Part shown: positions 17,765 through 25,846 of the stretch, one piece after another | Numbering within the stretch: position 1 is the first letter of the stretch | How the letters are laid out: every line of letters starts with the position of its first letter | Virus record (IMG/VR): IMGVR_UViG_3300021141_000706 | Reading direction: 5' to 3' (one strand) | From: a virus | Length of the DNA: 64,000 nt | Program-made: the position numbers and the translations under genes | Notes under the pieces: model-generated | Database searches by the model: none | What the model was told of the DNA's origin: nothing | Seen by the model: the letters and a program-made list of their open reading frames with translations, nothing else

Positions 17765-18799
17765 ATGCCAAATCCAATAAAATATAATTTATCTGTACAA
17801 TCAAAAGCTTTGAAAAGAGGAAACTTTTTCATTGGAACAGGTGATGATCCAAAGGGAAATACTCCAACAAGTGATTATTGGAATGGCATAACTCCTCCGG
17901 TTGGTGGTTATACAATTTATCTTAATAAAGCCAGTCAAGGTCCTAGTATCTATGTTGCTGCTAACGATTCGGAGTTAATTAGCTTAACAAATAGAATTGC
18001 TAGTACTACTTATACAACTGTTGGGGAATGTTTATCTTGGTTTTTAACACAAACCGATAAAATGGTTTTGAATAGAGATTATGAAGGTATTAAAACAGAT
18101 GGTTTAGTATTAAATTTAGATGCTGGATTTGTTTCTTCTTATCCAAAAAATGGAACAACTTGGTATGATTTAAGTGGAAATGAAAATAATGCCTCACTAG
18201 TTAACGGACTTCAATTCAATAATACTAATAGTGGTGAAATTTATATGGACGGAGGTGATGAGTACATACGAATTCCTCCATCCTCAAATTTACAATCTTA
18301 TTTTTCAAATAATAGTTTTACCATCACTCTAATAGTAAAATCAGATAATGTTGTTTATCCAAGAAGTAGATGTCCTATATATGTCAATTCTACTGTAACA
18401 AGTGCGTCACAAAAAGGATGGTCAGCTGGTCATGGATCATCAACAACCAGTATAGAAATTAGGTCTTGTGATGGAACTAATCTTTCAAACGGATTTATTA
18501 GTCATTCAGTAGCTGAATCAACAGTTTACATGAGAACATTTACAATTGATAGAACCAGTGGTGTTTTAACAAAATATTATGTAAATGGATCTTATGTCGG
18601 TCAACATAATGCGACTAATGTTACTGGTTCTATTTATGATGGAACTAATACTGATTTTATAACAGGCTTTGTTTTTGGTTATGTATGGGGTTGGAGGTTT
18701 ATAGGTGGAATATATAATATTATGGTATATAACAGATTGTTATCAGAAACTGAAATACTTCAGAACTTTAATGCTCAGAAATCAAAATTTGGATTATAA
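17765..18799 (+). CDS. Virion fibre-like protein with one LamG-like domain
   Basis: Same N-terminal module as 15905; YYVNG, IMVYNRLLS.TEILQNF. Confidence 0.75.
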   Translation: MPNPIKYNLSVQSKALKRGNFFIGTGDDPKGNTPTSDYWNGITPPVGGYTIYLNKASQGPSIYVAANDSELISLTNRIASTTYTTVGECLSWFLTQTDKMVLNRDYEGIKTDGLVLNLDAGFVSSYPKNGTTWYDLSGNENNASLVNGLQFNNTNSGEIYMDGGDEYIRIPPSSNLQSYFSNNSFTITLIVKSDNVVYPRSRCPIYVNSTVTSASQKGWSAGHGSSTTSIEIRSCDGTNLSNGFISHSVAESTVYMRTFTIDRTSGVLTKYYVNGSYVGQHNATNVTGSIYDGTNTDFITGFVFGYVWGWRFIGGIYNIMVYNRLLSETEILQNFNAQKSKFGL

Positions 18800-18804
18800 T
18801 AAAA

Positions 18805-18967
18805 TTTGGTAGTTTAAAAATACCTCCATATATTTGTAAAACAATTGAGAGAGGCAACGATTCAGATACAACTTTCAATTATTTTATAAAAAAATTAGGT
18901 GAAATTAAAACTTTTATCTATATTTGTATAAAATAAGTCAAAAGGAACAAAAAACTTTTAATATATA
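18805..18967 (+). promoter_or_regulatory. Stacked promoters for the large tRNA array
   Basis: TTTG(18805)-N20-TATATTTG(18829), second TATATTTG(18919), AATATATA(18960). Confidence 0.65.
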
Positions 18968-18972
18968 CTATA

Positions 18973-19083
18973 ATGAAAACAATGAATTTAAATATGAACA
19001 TGAATACACTGACAGTGGTGAATAATACGTTATGTATTAGACCGTCTGAGGGCTTCGTCATATCTAAACGATTTGTTAGTTAA
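18973..19083 (+). CDS. Attenuator leader peptide 3 (MKTMNLNMNMNTLTVVNNTLCIRPSEGFVISKRFVS)
   Basis: 22 of the first 23 residues are M/T/N/L/V/C/I/R, the set of downstream tRNAs; 13/14-nt antiterminator. Confidence 0.85.
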   Translation: MKTMNLNMNMNTLTVVNNTLCIRPSEGFVISKRFVS

Positions 19084-19111
19084 TATAACAAATTTTAATA
19101 AAGAATACTCG

Positions 19112-19144
19112 AAACCCTCAGACACAAAATCTGAGGGTTTTTTT
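19112..19144 (+). terminator. Attenuator terminator 3
   Basis: aaaccctcaga-cacaaaa-tctgagggttt plus T-tract. Confidence 0.88.
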
Positions 19145-19159
19145 ATGCTCTTAAAACAA

Positions 19160-19244
19160 CGGTAGGTACCCGAGCGGTCTTCAGGGACTAGTCTGATACA
19201 CTAGGTGAGAAATCACAACGTGGGTTCAAATCCCACCCTACCGA
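19160..19244 (+). tRNA. tRNA with Ile(GAT) anticodon and long variable arm
   Basis: ctagt-ctGATac-actag; V-arm gtga-gaaa-tcac. Confidence 0.8.
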
Positions 19245-19250
19245 CAAAAT

Positions 19251-19323
19251 GGTTTCCTCGTCCAACTGGATAGGACATCGCTCTTCTAAAGCGAGAATAT
19301 GGGTTCGAATCCCGTGGAGACTA
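19251..19323 (+). tRNA. tRNA-Arg(TCT)
   Basis: tcgct-ctTCTaa-agcga. Confidence 0.92.
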
Positions 19324-19330
19324 CAAATAT

Positions 19331-19402
19331 TCCTCGATAGCTCAGCGGTAGAGCAAACGACTGTTAATCGTTAGGTCCCAGGTTCGAATCCTGGTCGGGG
19401 AG
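19331..19402 (+). tRNA. tRNA-Asn(GTT)
   Basis: aacga-ctGTTaa-tcgtt; G73. Confidence 0.95.
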
Positions 19403-19409
19403 CAAAAAT

Positions 19410-19492
19410 GCCGAAGTGGTGGAATGGTAGACACGCTAGCCTTAGGAGCTAGTACCCGAAAGGGTGTGTGGGTTCGAGTCCCACCTTCGGTA
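19410..19492 (+). tRNA. tRNA-Leu(TAG)
   Basis: ctagc-ctTAGga-gctag; variable arm. Confidence 0.95.
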
Positions 19493-19497
19493 CAAAT

Positions 19498-19583
19498 TGA
19501 TGGGTGTCCTGAGCGGCGAAAGGACCTGGCTGTTAACCAGACGACATTAAAGTCCACCGTGGGTTCGAGTCCCACCTCATCAG
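19498..19583 (+). tRNA. tRNA with Asn(GTT) anticodon and long variable arm
   Basis: ctgg-ctGTTaa-ccag; V-arm gac-attaaa-gtc; U1:A72, G73. Confidence 0.8.
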
Positions 19584-19589
19584 CAAGAT

Positions 19590-19662
19590 AGTCCTGTAGC
19601 TCAATCGGGGGAGCGCCACTGTTACATAGTGGAGGGAGTCGGATCGTAACCGACCGGGACTA
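19590..19662 (+). tRNA. tRNA-Val(TAC)
   Basis: ccact-gtTACat-agtgg. Confidence 0.88.
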
Positions 19663-19668
19663 CAAAAT

Positions 19669-19742
19669 TGGAATATAGCTCAACTGGTTAGAGCATTCGC
19701 CTGATACGCGAAAGGTTGTAGGTTCGAGTCCTACTATTCCAA
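19669..19742 (+). tRNA. tRNA-Ile(GAT)
   Basis: ttcgc-ctGATac-gcgaa. Confidence 0.93.
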
Positions 19743-19747
19743 CAAAT

Positions 19748-19830
19748 GGTACTGTGGCCGAGTGGTGTCGAAAGACGAGAGGCACAGATCTGCAAAATCT
19801 GTCACACTGGTTCGAGCCCAGTCAGTACCT
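19748..19830 (+). tRNA. tRNA-Cys(GCA) with hairpin inserted in the D-loop
   Basis: cagat-ctGCAaa-atctg; U73; gtc-gaaa-gac in the D-loop. Confidence 0.85.
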
Positions 19831-19835
19831 CAAAC

Positions 19836-19907
19836 GCTTCTTAAGCATTAATGGTGATGCGCTAGTCTTGTAAACTAGAGAAATCGGATCGTTACCGGTA
19901 AGAAGCT
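19836..19907 (+). tRNA. tRNA-Thr(TGT)
   Basis: ctagt-ctTGTaa-actag. Confidence 0.88.
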
Positions 19908-19912
19908 CAAAT

Positions 19913-20058
19913 CAGTAGGACCCTATATTAGGTGGTAACTTCTAGAGAAGCCACATAAAGAACTGGTCCGGGTTAAAAACCAAACTTGATTATTTGATAT
20001 TCTAGAAAATGTCATTTAGTTCGGATTGGGAAGGTGGGTTCGATTCCCACCCTACTGT
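19913..20058 (+). ncRNA. 146-nt tRNA-like RNA with a large internal domain
   Basis: Acceptor cagtagg/cctactg and T arm gtggg-ttcgatt-cccac enclosing about 115 nt. Confidence 0.6.
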
Positions 20059-20064
20059 CAAAAT

Positions 20065-20136
20065 TGCCTTGTAGCTCAATGGGAGAGCACTTCCTTGACA
20101 TGGAAGAGGTAGTGGGATCGTTACCCACCAAGGCAA
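20065..20136 (+). tRNA. tRNA-Val(GAC)
   Basis: cttcc-ttGACat-ggaag. Confidence 0.9.
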
Positions 20137-20156
20137 CAAAATAATGGATGGTGATT

Positions 20157-20241
20157 AAGAGTGTTACTTCGTGAAATGGTATACACATTTGTCTTAAAAA
20201 CAAACTTTTGAAGGTTCAAGTCCTTCAGTAAAATCACTCTT
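20157..20241 (+). pseudogene. Aberrant tRNA-Leu(TAA)-like RNA with extended acceptor helix and no V-arm
   Basis: Leu-type D arm gtgaaatggtatacac, tttgt-ctTAAaa-acaaa, T arm; aagagtg/cactctt extension. Confidence 0.5.
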
Positions 20242-20261
20242 TAGACTTTCCTCCATTATAT

Positions 20262-20345
20262 GCCGATGTGGCTCAGTGGCGACAGCACTGGTTTTGTAAA
20301 CCAGAGACGAATAGTCCAACGGGGGTTCGAGTCCCTCCATCGGCT
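20262..20345 (+). tRNA. tRNA with Thr(TGT) anticodon and long variable arm
   Basis: ctggt-ttTGTaa-accag; V-arm gac-gaata-gtc; U73. Confidence 0.82.
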
Positions 20346-20360
20346 CAAAATAAATCACCT

Positions 20361-20444
20361 GCCTGGGTGGTGGAACGGTAGACACGAGGGACTTAAAATC
20401 CCTTGCCCCAAAAGGGCGTGAGGGTTCGAGTCCCTCTCCAGGTA
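20361..20444 (+). tRNA. tRNA-Leu(TAA)
   Basis: aggga-ctTAAaa-tccct. Confidence 0.95.
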
Positions 20445-20475
20445 CTGAAGTGAAACGAAAGTTCACTACAAATAT

Positions 20476-20562
20476 CGCGGGGTAGAGTAGAGGTCAAACT
20501 CACTGGGCTCATAACCCAGGGTTGCGCAAGTGACACGTCAGGTTCGAATCCTGCCCCCGCTA
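20476..20562 (+). tRNA. Initiator-type tRNA-Met(CAT) with long variable arm
   Basis: C1:U72 mismatch, ctggg-ctCATaa-cccag, V-arm gttgc-gcaa-gtgac. Confidence 0.82.
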
Positions 20563-20568
20563 CAACAA

Positions 20569-20641
20569 GCAGTTATCGTATAGTCGGTGATTACACCACC
20601 TTGGTACGGTGGAGACTCCGGTTCGACTCCGGATGATTGCT
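20569..20641 (+). tRNA. tRNA-Thr(GGT)
   Basis: ccacc-ttGGTac-ggtgg. Confidence 0.9.
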
Positions 20642-20646
20642 CAGAT

Positions 20647-20727
20647 GCCCAGATGGTGGAATGGTAGACACTCCGGTCTAAGAAGCCGGTGCCGCAAGGC
20701 GTGAGAGTTCGAGTCTCTCTTTGGGTA
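20647..20727 (+). tRNA. tRNA-Leu(AAG)
   Basis: ccggt-ctAAGaa-gccgg; Leu-type D and V arms. Confidence 0.88.
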
Positions 20728-20732
20728 CAAAT

Positions 20733-20802
20733 GCCGTGGCTTAGTGGAAAAGAGCCTACTCTCATAAGGTGGGTTAAGTGAGTTCGAACCTCATACACGG
20801 TA
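20733..20802 (+). tRNA. tRNA(CAT), elongator Met or Ile2, with shortened acceptor/D connector
   Basis: ctact-ctCATaa-ggtgg; about 3 nt missing before the D stem. Confidence 0.6.
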
Positions 20803-20807
20803 CAAAT

Positions 20808-20888
20808 GTCAGAATGGTGGAATGGTATACACACTGGTTTCAAAAGCCAGCGCCTAATGGTATGAGAGTTCAAGTCTCTCTTCTGATA
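20808..20888 (+). tRNA. tRNA-Leu(CAA)
   Basis: ctggt-ttCAAaa-gccag; variable arm. Confidence 0.9.
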
Positions 20889-20910
20889 CTCGATAAAAAA
20901 GCCAATAAAA

Positions 20911-21123
20911 ATGGAAAAGAATGAAATTAAAAAAGCTCTGTATAAACAAAACCCAAAGGCTACATTTAAGTTTATCAGAAAAGAAGTAGCTTATTACTTA
21001 ACAATTATCGAATCTGAAAGTGAACCAGTTGAAATTAGATTTGAGGTTCCAGTATCAGATATGGGTGATGCTGATTTTGAATACTTAATGGATTCAAAGT
21101 ATATGATAAGATGGATATCTTAG
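20911..21123 (+). CDS. Hypothetical protein
   Basis: 70-aa ORF after the tRNA array. Confidence 0.6.
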   Translation: MEKNEIKKALYKQNPKATFKFIRKEVAYYLTIIESESEPVEIRFEVPVSDMGDADFEYLMDSKYMIRWIS

Positions 21124-21689
21124 TTAGGTGTGTAATTGTCATTTTGGTCCAAAAACTTAAAATCTTCTTTTTTAAGTTTCATTCCTGAAAACATATTTAG
21201 AAAGTTTATGAAGGATTGTAGAGATTCATCTACTAAAGCAAATACAGTATTGCTTGGATCAAATTTAGAGTGATAGGATGTATATTCTATCACTTTTATT
21301 TTATTAGGAGCTTCAACAGAAAATTCACAAGCCATAGAATCACCATAAGTAATATCAACATTTAATACTATGTTATCTTCCTTAGCAAAGTAAATATCGA
21401 ATTCTAAAGTATCTGGTGTGCCCCAAATTTCACCTTGTTCATCACTATTAAGTGGTGTAGAAGCATAAGTTATCTGAACCATATCAGAATGTAACATTAT
21501 GTTATCTTTCTTAAACTTGAATAGTTTTCCGTGATAGTTGATTGTGAAATACTCTGGTAAATGTTGTTCCCATCTTTTATCATAAATAGTATTAATATGA
21601 TTTGTCTTAGGATTAATATTAGCACTTATAGTTCCATTTGGTTTAATAGTAGCTTCAACATCTTCATTAAATCTTTTTAAGTATTTCAT
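21120..21689 (-). CDS. Hypothetical protein (MKYLKRFNE N-terminus)
   Basis: ORF preceded by AATATATA. Confidence 0.65.
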   Translation of the reverse strand: MKYLKRFNEDVEATIKPNGTISANINPKTNHINTIYDKRWEQHLPEYFTINYHGKLFKFKKDNIMLHSDMVQITYASTPLNSDEQGEIWGTPDTLEFDIYFAKEDNIVLNVDITYGDSMACEFSVEAPNKIKVIEYTSYHSKFDPSNTVFALVDESLQSFINFLNMFSGMKLKKEDFKFLDQNDNYTPN

Positions 21690-21754
21690 AATGTATATAT
21701 TTGTTTTTATAAATCCATTTATCTATATTTGTATCTTAATTCAAAAATATAAAT

Positions 21755-21892
21755 ATGAGTACTTGTACAAGATTACAAAATAAAACCGGTATTGACCGGT
21801 TTTGGATTAGATTATTTTTCATAATCTGGTTCTTTCATACTGGATGGGCTTTACTTTGGTACATCATAATTGGACTACTAATCGAAGACTAA
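21755..21892 (+). CDS. PspC-domain-like small membrane protein (45 aa)
   Basis: KTGIDRFWIRLFFIIWFF.TG..LL.YIIIGLLI resembles the PspC TM region. Confidence 0.6.
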   Translation: MSTCTRLQNKTGIDRFWIRLFFIIWFFHTGWALLWYIIIGLLIED

Positions 21893-21934
21893 AATAAATT
21901 TTGATATTAAACACTTTTTTCTTAAATTTGTAAA

Positions 21935-23407
21935 ATGAAAAACATCGTAACAAGAATCGCACCCTCACCAACTGGACCTTTTGCTCATATTGGTAATGTA
22001 AGAACACTATTATATAACTACTTTCTTGCTAAGAAAAGTGGTGGTAAATTCTTTGTGAGATTGGAAGACACCGACAGAGACCGTTATACGGCTTCGTTTC
22101 TAACATATTTCAAAGATATGTGTGATTGGCTTGGTATAGTACCAGATGGTTCTTATTGGAACCCAGATCCTTCTATCGGCTCTTTCACTCAATCAACAAG
22201 AGATTATTCTGATAAAGTTAAATTTTTATTAGATAACGAATTTGCTTATTATGCTTTTGATTCTAAAGATGATTTAGACTTGGCTCATAAAACAATTCCT
22301 AACTTCAAATACGATGCTACAACTCGTATGACTATGAAGAACTCATTAACAATGACTAAATCGGATGTTGATGCGGCTATTGCTACAGGTAACTATGTTA
22401 TTCGTTTTGCTGTAACTCCAGATGTTGATGTTGTAATCAACGATGCTATTTTAGGAGATATCACAATCAGTACTAATACTTTAGATGATAAAGTTTTGAT
22501 TAAGTCAAATGGTATTGGTTCTTACCACCTTTGTAATGTTTGTGACGACCACGATATGGGTGTTACTCACGTTCTTAGAGGTAACGAGTGGGTAAACTCA
22601 ACTCCTTTCCATGTTATTCTTTACAAGGCTTTTGGTTGGGATGTTCCAACATTCGCTCATCTACCTTTAATTATGAATCCAGATGGTAAAGGTAAGTTGT
22701 CTAAGAGAACTGCTATGAAGTATGGTATTCCAATTGCGCCACTTGGTTACACTGACGAAAACGGTGTTTACAATGATGGTTGGAAAGATTTAGGTTTTGA
22801 CCCAAAAGCATTTATGAACTATCTTGCCTTAATTGGTTGGAATCCAGGTGCTGAAGTTGAAATTATGTCTATGGATGATATGATTAACTCATTCTCTTTA
22901 GATAGAGTTCACAAGGCTGGGGCTCGTTTCGATATGGATAAAGCAAAGTGGATGAACTCACAATATCTTAAATTAACAGACAATAAAGACTTAATGCCTT
23001 ATGTCCATGTAGTTGATGATAGATACTCTGATGATAAGTTAGATGCTATTGTTTCATTGGCTAAAGATAGAGCTGACTTCAAAACTGACTTAAACAAAAT
23101 TGTTAAATTGTTCTTTGATTTACCAACTATCGATGATAGAAGTAAGTTAGATGATAACTATACAAAAGTTATGTCAGACTTCATCAATAAGATTGATACA
23201 ATCAACTTTGATGATACGAACTCAATCAAAGACACTATCTCAGCAATCTGTAATGATTTAGGTGTTAAGATGGGTAAAGTAATGCCTGGTTTAAGAATGG
23301 CTTTAGTATCTGGTATTGCGGGTCCGGACTTAATGACAACAATGTCAATTTTAGGTAAAGACCAAACTAAGTTGAGAATTAACAACTCGATTGTAGTAAT
23401 GGCTTAA
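21935..23407 (+). CDS. gltX: Glutamyl-tRNA synthetase
   Basis: RIAPSPTG.AHIGN, RLEDTD, DDH.MGVTHVLRG.EW, KLSKR, LRMALV. Confidence 0.95.
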   Translation: MKNIVTRIAPSPTGPFAHIGNVRTLLYNYFLAKKSGGKFFVRLEDTDRDRYTASFLTYFKDMCDWLGIVPDGSYWNPDPSIGSFTQSTRDYSDKVKFLLDNEFAYYAFDSKDDLDLAHKTIPNFKYDATTRMTMKNSLTMTKSDVDAAIATGNYVIRFAVTPDVDVVINDAILGDITISTNTLDDKVLIKSNGIGSYHLCNVCDDHDMGVTHVLRGNEWVNSTPFHVILYKAFGWDVPTFAHLPLIMNPDGKGKLSKRTAMKYGIPIAPLGYTDENGVYNDGWKDLGFDPKAFMNYLALIGWNPGAEVEIMSMDDMINSFSLDRVHKAGARFDMDKAKWMNSQYLKLTDNKDLMPYVHVVDDRYSDDKLDAIVSLAKDRADFKTDLNKIVKLFFDLPTIDDRSKLDDNYTKVMSDFINKIDTINFDDTNSIKDTISAICNDLGVKMGKVMPGLRMALVSGIAGPDLMTTMSILGKDQTKLRINNSIVVMA

Positions 23408-23410
23408 AAG

Positions 23411-23441
23411 AAAAAACCTCTGATTTCTCAGAGGTTTTTTT
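23411..23441. terminator. Bidirectional terminator
   Basis: aaaaaacctctga/tcagaggtttttt. Confidence 0.8.
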
Positions 23442-23444
23442 ATA

Positions 23445-25730
23445 TTATTCATATAGTGGGAATTTCGGAAGATATAATCTTGTAGTGGCATTATCTGCGA
23501 AGACAAGATATTTAGAATCGTCTCTAATAATATATTGATTACATATTTTATTATGTTGGTTAGCCGGAATAGTTTCCATAAATAATCTAATGTTAGTAAC
23601 TGACATATCAGAAGCAAGAATTTGACAAGTAACATTACGTTCAATTTGATAAGTGATAGGTGTGATATCTTGTGAACCTTGATAAACTTTTCTAAGTATT
23701 GTAGAGGATAAGCTAGCAGCATCATTTTCATCATCAACATTTCTCTTATAAACATGATGTTCTAGTTTTCTATTTCTTTGATCTACATTAAGAACATAGC
23801 AATACCAAACATCTTCTTCAAATGCCATATTTTGGTCTGATGGATAACCCATTAAATCATAAGTATAAGTATCTGAGTTTAATTTAACTTGAATAGCATC
23901 ATTTGATAAATCAACTTTCCAACCTAATGAGTTAGTAGCATCATAGTAATCCATGAAGTTATAAACCTCATTAGTAATATAGTTATTAATTTTAAACCAA
24001 ATTTGATATCCAATGTTATCAGATACTCTTAATAAAGGATCAAAGTTTTTATATTTAACAGCGACTTGTCCATAATCAACAGATGAAAGATCATAATGAG
24101 CTTTACTAATAATAGTTGAAGAGTTTTCAATTAATTCTTTATCAATTGTGGCTTTGTATTCTAATCTAATAGTTTCTTTTGTTAAAGGAGCAAATTGGTC
24201 CTTGTTAGCAATTGAAGCTTTATCTTGAGCATTTTCGATTCCAAATAATTCATTGATAGTAGAATTCTTAGTAAGTTGTTGTAACTTGTTTTGAATCTCT
24301 TGAGTACCAGCTTTGACATTGGCTTTCTGAGTGTATTTTTTCAGAACAAGTTTGTAGTAAATTGCTGAGTTATTAAAATTTCTAAATTGTTGAGCGTGGT
24401 CAACTTGGAACATTCTATTAACATCACAGAAATATAAGAAGTCTTCTTTAGAAGGTCTTCTCTGTGGTCCAAATATTTCCTTAAATTGTTTTTTTGTTAT
24501 ATGAACATTCATAGATTCAAAAAGACTTAAATCAAATTGATTCATTACAATTTGAGAATCTGGGAAGTTATTACCATCAACCGATACTTTAATATTACCT
24601 TCACAAACAACATTATATAATTGATATTCATGCATGGTGTGGTCTTGACCTCTTTTATCAGGATCAGTAACAAAGTAAATAACTTTATGTCCAAATACTT
24701 GTTCAGCATCAGCACTTAATTTATTCAATAAATCCATAGCTGTATTTTGTTTGTATGGGTTAAATAAATTTGCTTTATCTTGATCATTCATTTGAGGTAG
24801 CGTAGAACCAGCACCCGTTGTATCACAAGCACCACCTGAGTTTGATATACCACCACCAACTCCATTTCCAGAACCGTTTGTATTATTAGCTGGTACAAAA
24901 TTACCACTAGCATCAGTATATCCGGTTAAGTTTGATTGACAACATTCTCTAATACCATATAAATTAGTTTTGAAATAATCTTTACTTACATTTTGAAAAT
25001 CACCTATTAAGTTAATATCTTGTATTCCTACAGTAGATGATGTATTATTAGTAATAGAGTATTCAATTTGAAAAAATCTAATTGGATTAATTCTAGTTGT
25101 ACTTATGTTTTCTTTTGTGAATGGTTCCCAATTAGACCATGTTCTTGAATTATCTTGAGAGAATCTATATTTAATATCAACACCTGTAAGACTTGTCGGT
25201 GCTATTACTTCTACATCAGTTATGTCAAATACTTTATAAATAAAAGGTGCTGACCAAATTGTATTTTCACCTGGTGTTAAATTAACAGTACTAATACCGT
25301 CGCCCGCACTTTCAAACATTGTTCTTTCTAAAGTACCATTAATTGAATATTCTAATATTCTAATAGCACCAACTTGAGAAGAACCGCCTCTAACCCATTT
25401 AATATCTAAGTATAAAGGATCTCTTGGATCAACTGTGGGAAAGTTATCAATGTTTCTTTTAAGGTCTAACCAATCAGTCCAAGCATTACCATCTCTAGAA
25501 ATACGATAATAATTTTTTAAGAATCTTGTATCTGTTAAACCTAAAGTATCATATTTAAAATTGGTTAATTGACTAACATTTTGTAAATTTACAAAACTAA
25601 TTATGTATTCTGATTCAACTGTATTAAAATATGGAGTCGCATCAACAGCATTTACTGATGCGTTTATATCAAACTTATCCGATATAAGAAGAGTACCATT
25701 TTCTAAATTTGAAACTATTTGTTGAGACAT
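23445..25730 (-). CDS. Putative virion neck/head-closure-like protein with C-terminal jellyroll
   Basis: Central ..G..V.YF...F.L...ESM.VHI.K..F...PS.ED.LYF..NRMFQV segment resembles T4 gp14-type neck proteins; late motif upstream. Confidence 0.5.
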   Translation of the reverse strand: MSQQIVSNLENGTLLISDKFDINASVNAVDATPYFNTVESEYIISFVNLQNVSQLTNFKYDTLGLTDTRFLKNYYRISRDGNAWTDWLDLKRNIDNFPTVDPRDPLYLDIKWVRGGSSQVGAIRILEYSINGTLERTMFESAGDGISTVNLTPGENTIWSAPFIYKVFDITDVEVIAPTSLTGVDIKYRFSQDNSRTWSNWEPFTKENISTTRINPIRFFQIEYSITNNTSSTVGIQDINLIGDFQNVSKDYFKTNLYGIRECCQSNLTGYTDASGNFVPANNTNGSGNGVGGGISNSGGACDTTGAGSTLPQMNDQDKANLFNPYKQNTAMDLLNKLSADAEQVFGHKVIYFVTDPDKRGQDHTMHEYQLYNVVCEGNIKVSVDGNNFPDSQIVMNQFDLSLFESMNVHITKKQFKEIFGPQRRPSKEDFLYFCDVNRMFQVDHAQQFRNFNNSAIYYKLVLKKYTQKANVKAGTQEIQNKLQQLTKNSTINELFGIENAQDKASIANKDQFAPLTKETIRLEYKATIDKELIENSSTIISKAHYDLSSVDYGQVAVKYKNFDPLLRVSDNIGYQIWFKINNYITNEVYNFMDYYDATNSLGWKVDLSNDAIQVKLNSDTYTYDLMGYPSDQNMAFEEDVWYCYVLNVDQRNRKLEHHVYKRNVDDENDAASLSSTILRKVYQGSQDITPITYQIERNVTCQILASDMSVTNIRLFMETIPANQHNKICNQYIIRDDSKYLVFADNATTRLYLPKFPLYE

Positions 25731-25846
25731 AACTTATATATTAAAAAAGTAATTTCAGATATTATTTAAATTAATTCTTAATAAATTTGGATATTGTGGA
25801 TAACCTCCGTATATTTGTATATAAGTAGAAAAAAACTATAGACAAG

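Larger units (their letters stand above)
15905..18170 (+). repeat. Near-identical ~400-bp 5' segments (15905-~16310 and 17765-~18170)
   Basis: Shared MPNPIKY...LDAGFVSSYPK.GTTWYD coding region. Confidence 0.85.

Noticed and set aside
15905-18170. Diversity-generating retroelement TR/VR pair
   Set aside because: Differences are mostly synonymous and not adenine-specific, they lie at the N-termini, and there is no reverse transcriptase in the window.
19913-20058. tmRNA or canonical amber suppressor
   Set aside because: No G3:U70, too short, no tag ORF; the CTA-containing loops lack a canonical 5-bp/7-nt anticodon arm.
19342-20873. Minus-strand ORFs 19342, 20012, 20194, 20538
   Set aside because: Antisense translations of tRNAs (GLEPT/GFEP from the T-arm complement).
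21720-21934. Attenuator upstream of gltX
   Set aside because: The upstream ORF is PspC-like, not Glu-rich, and there is no terminator hairpin before gltX.
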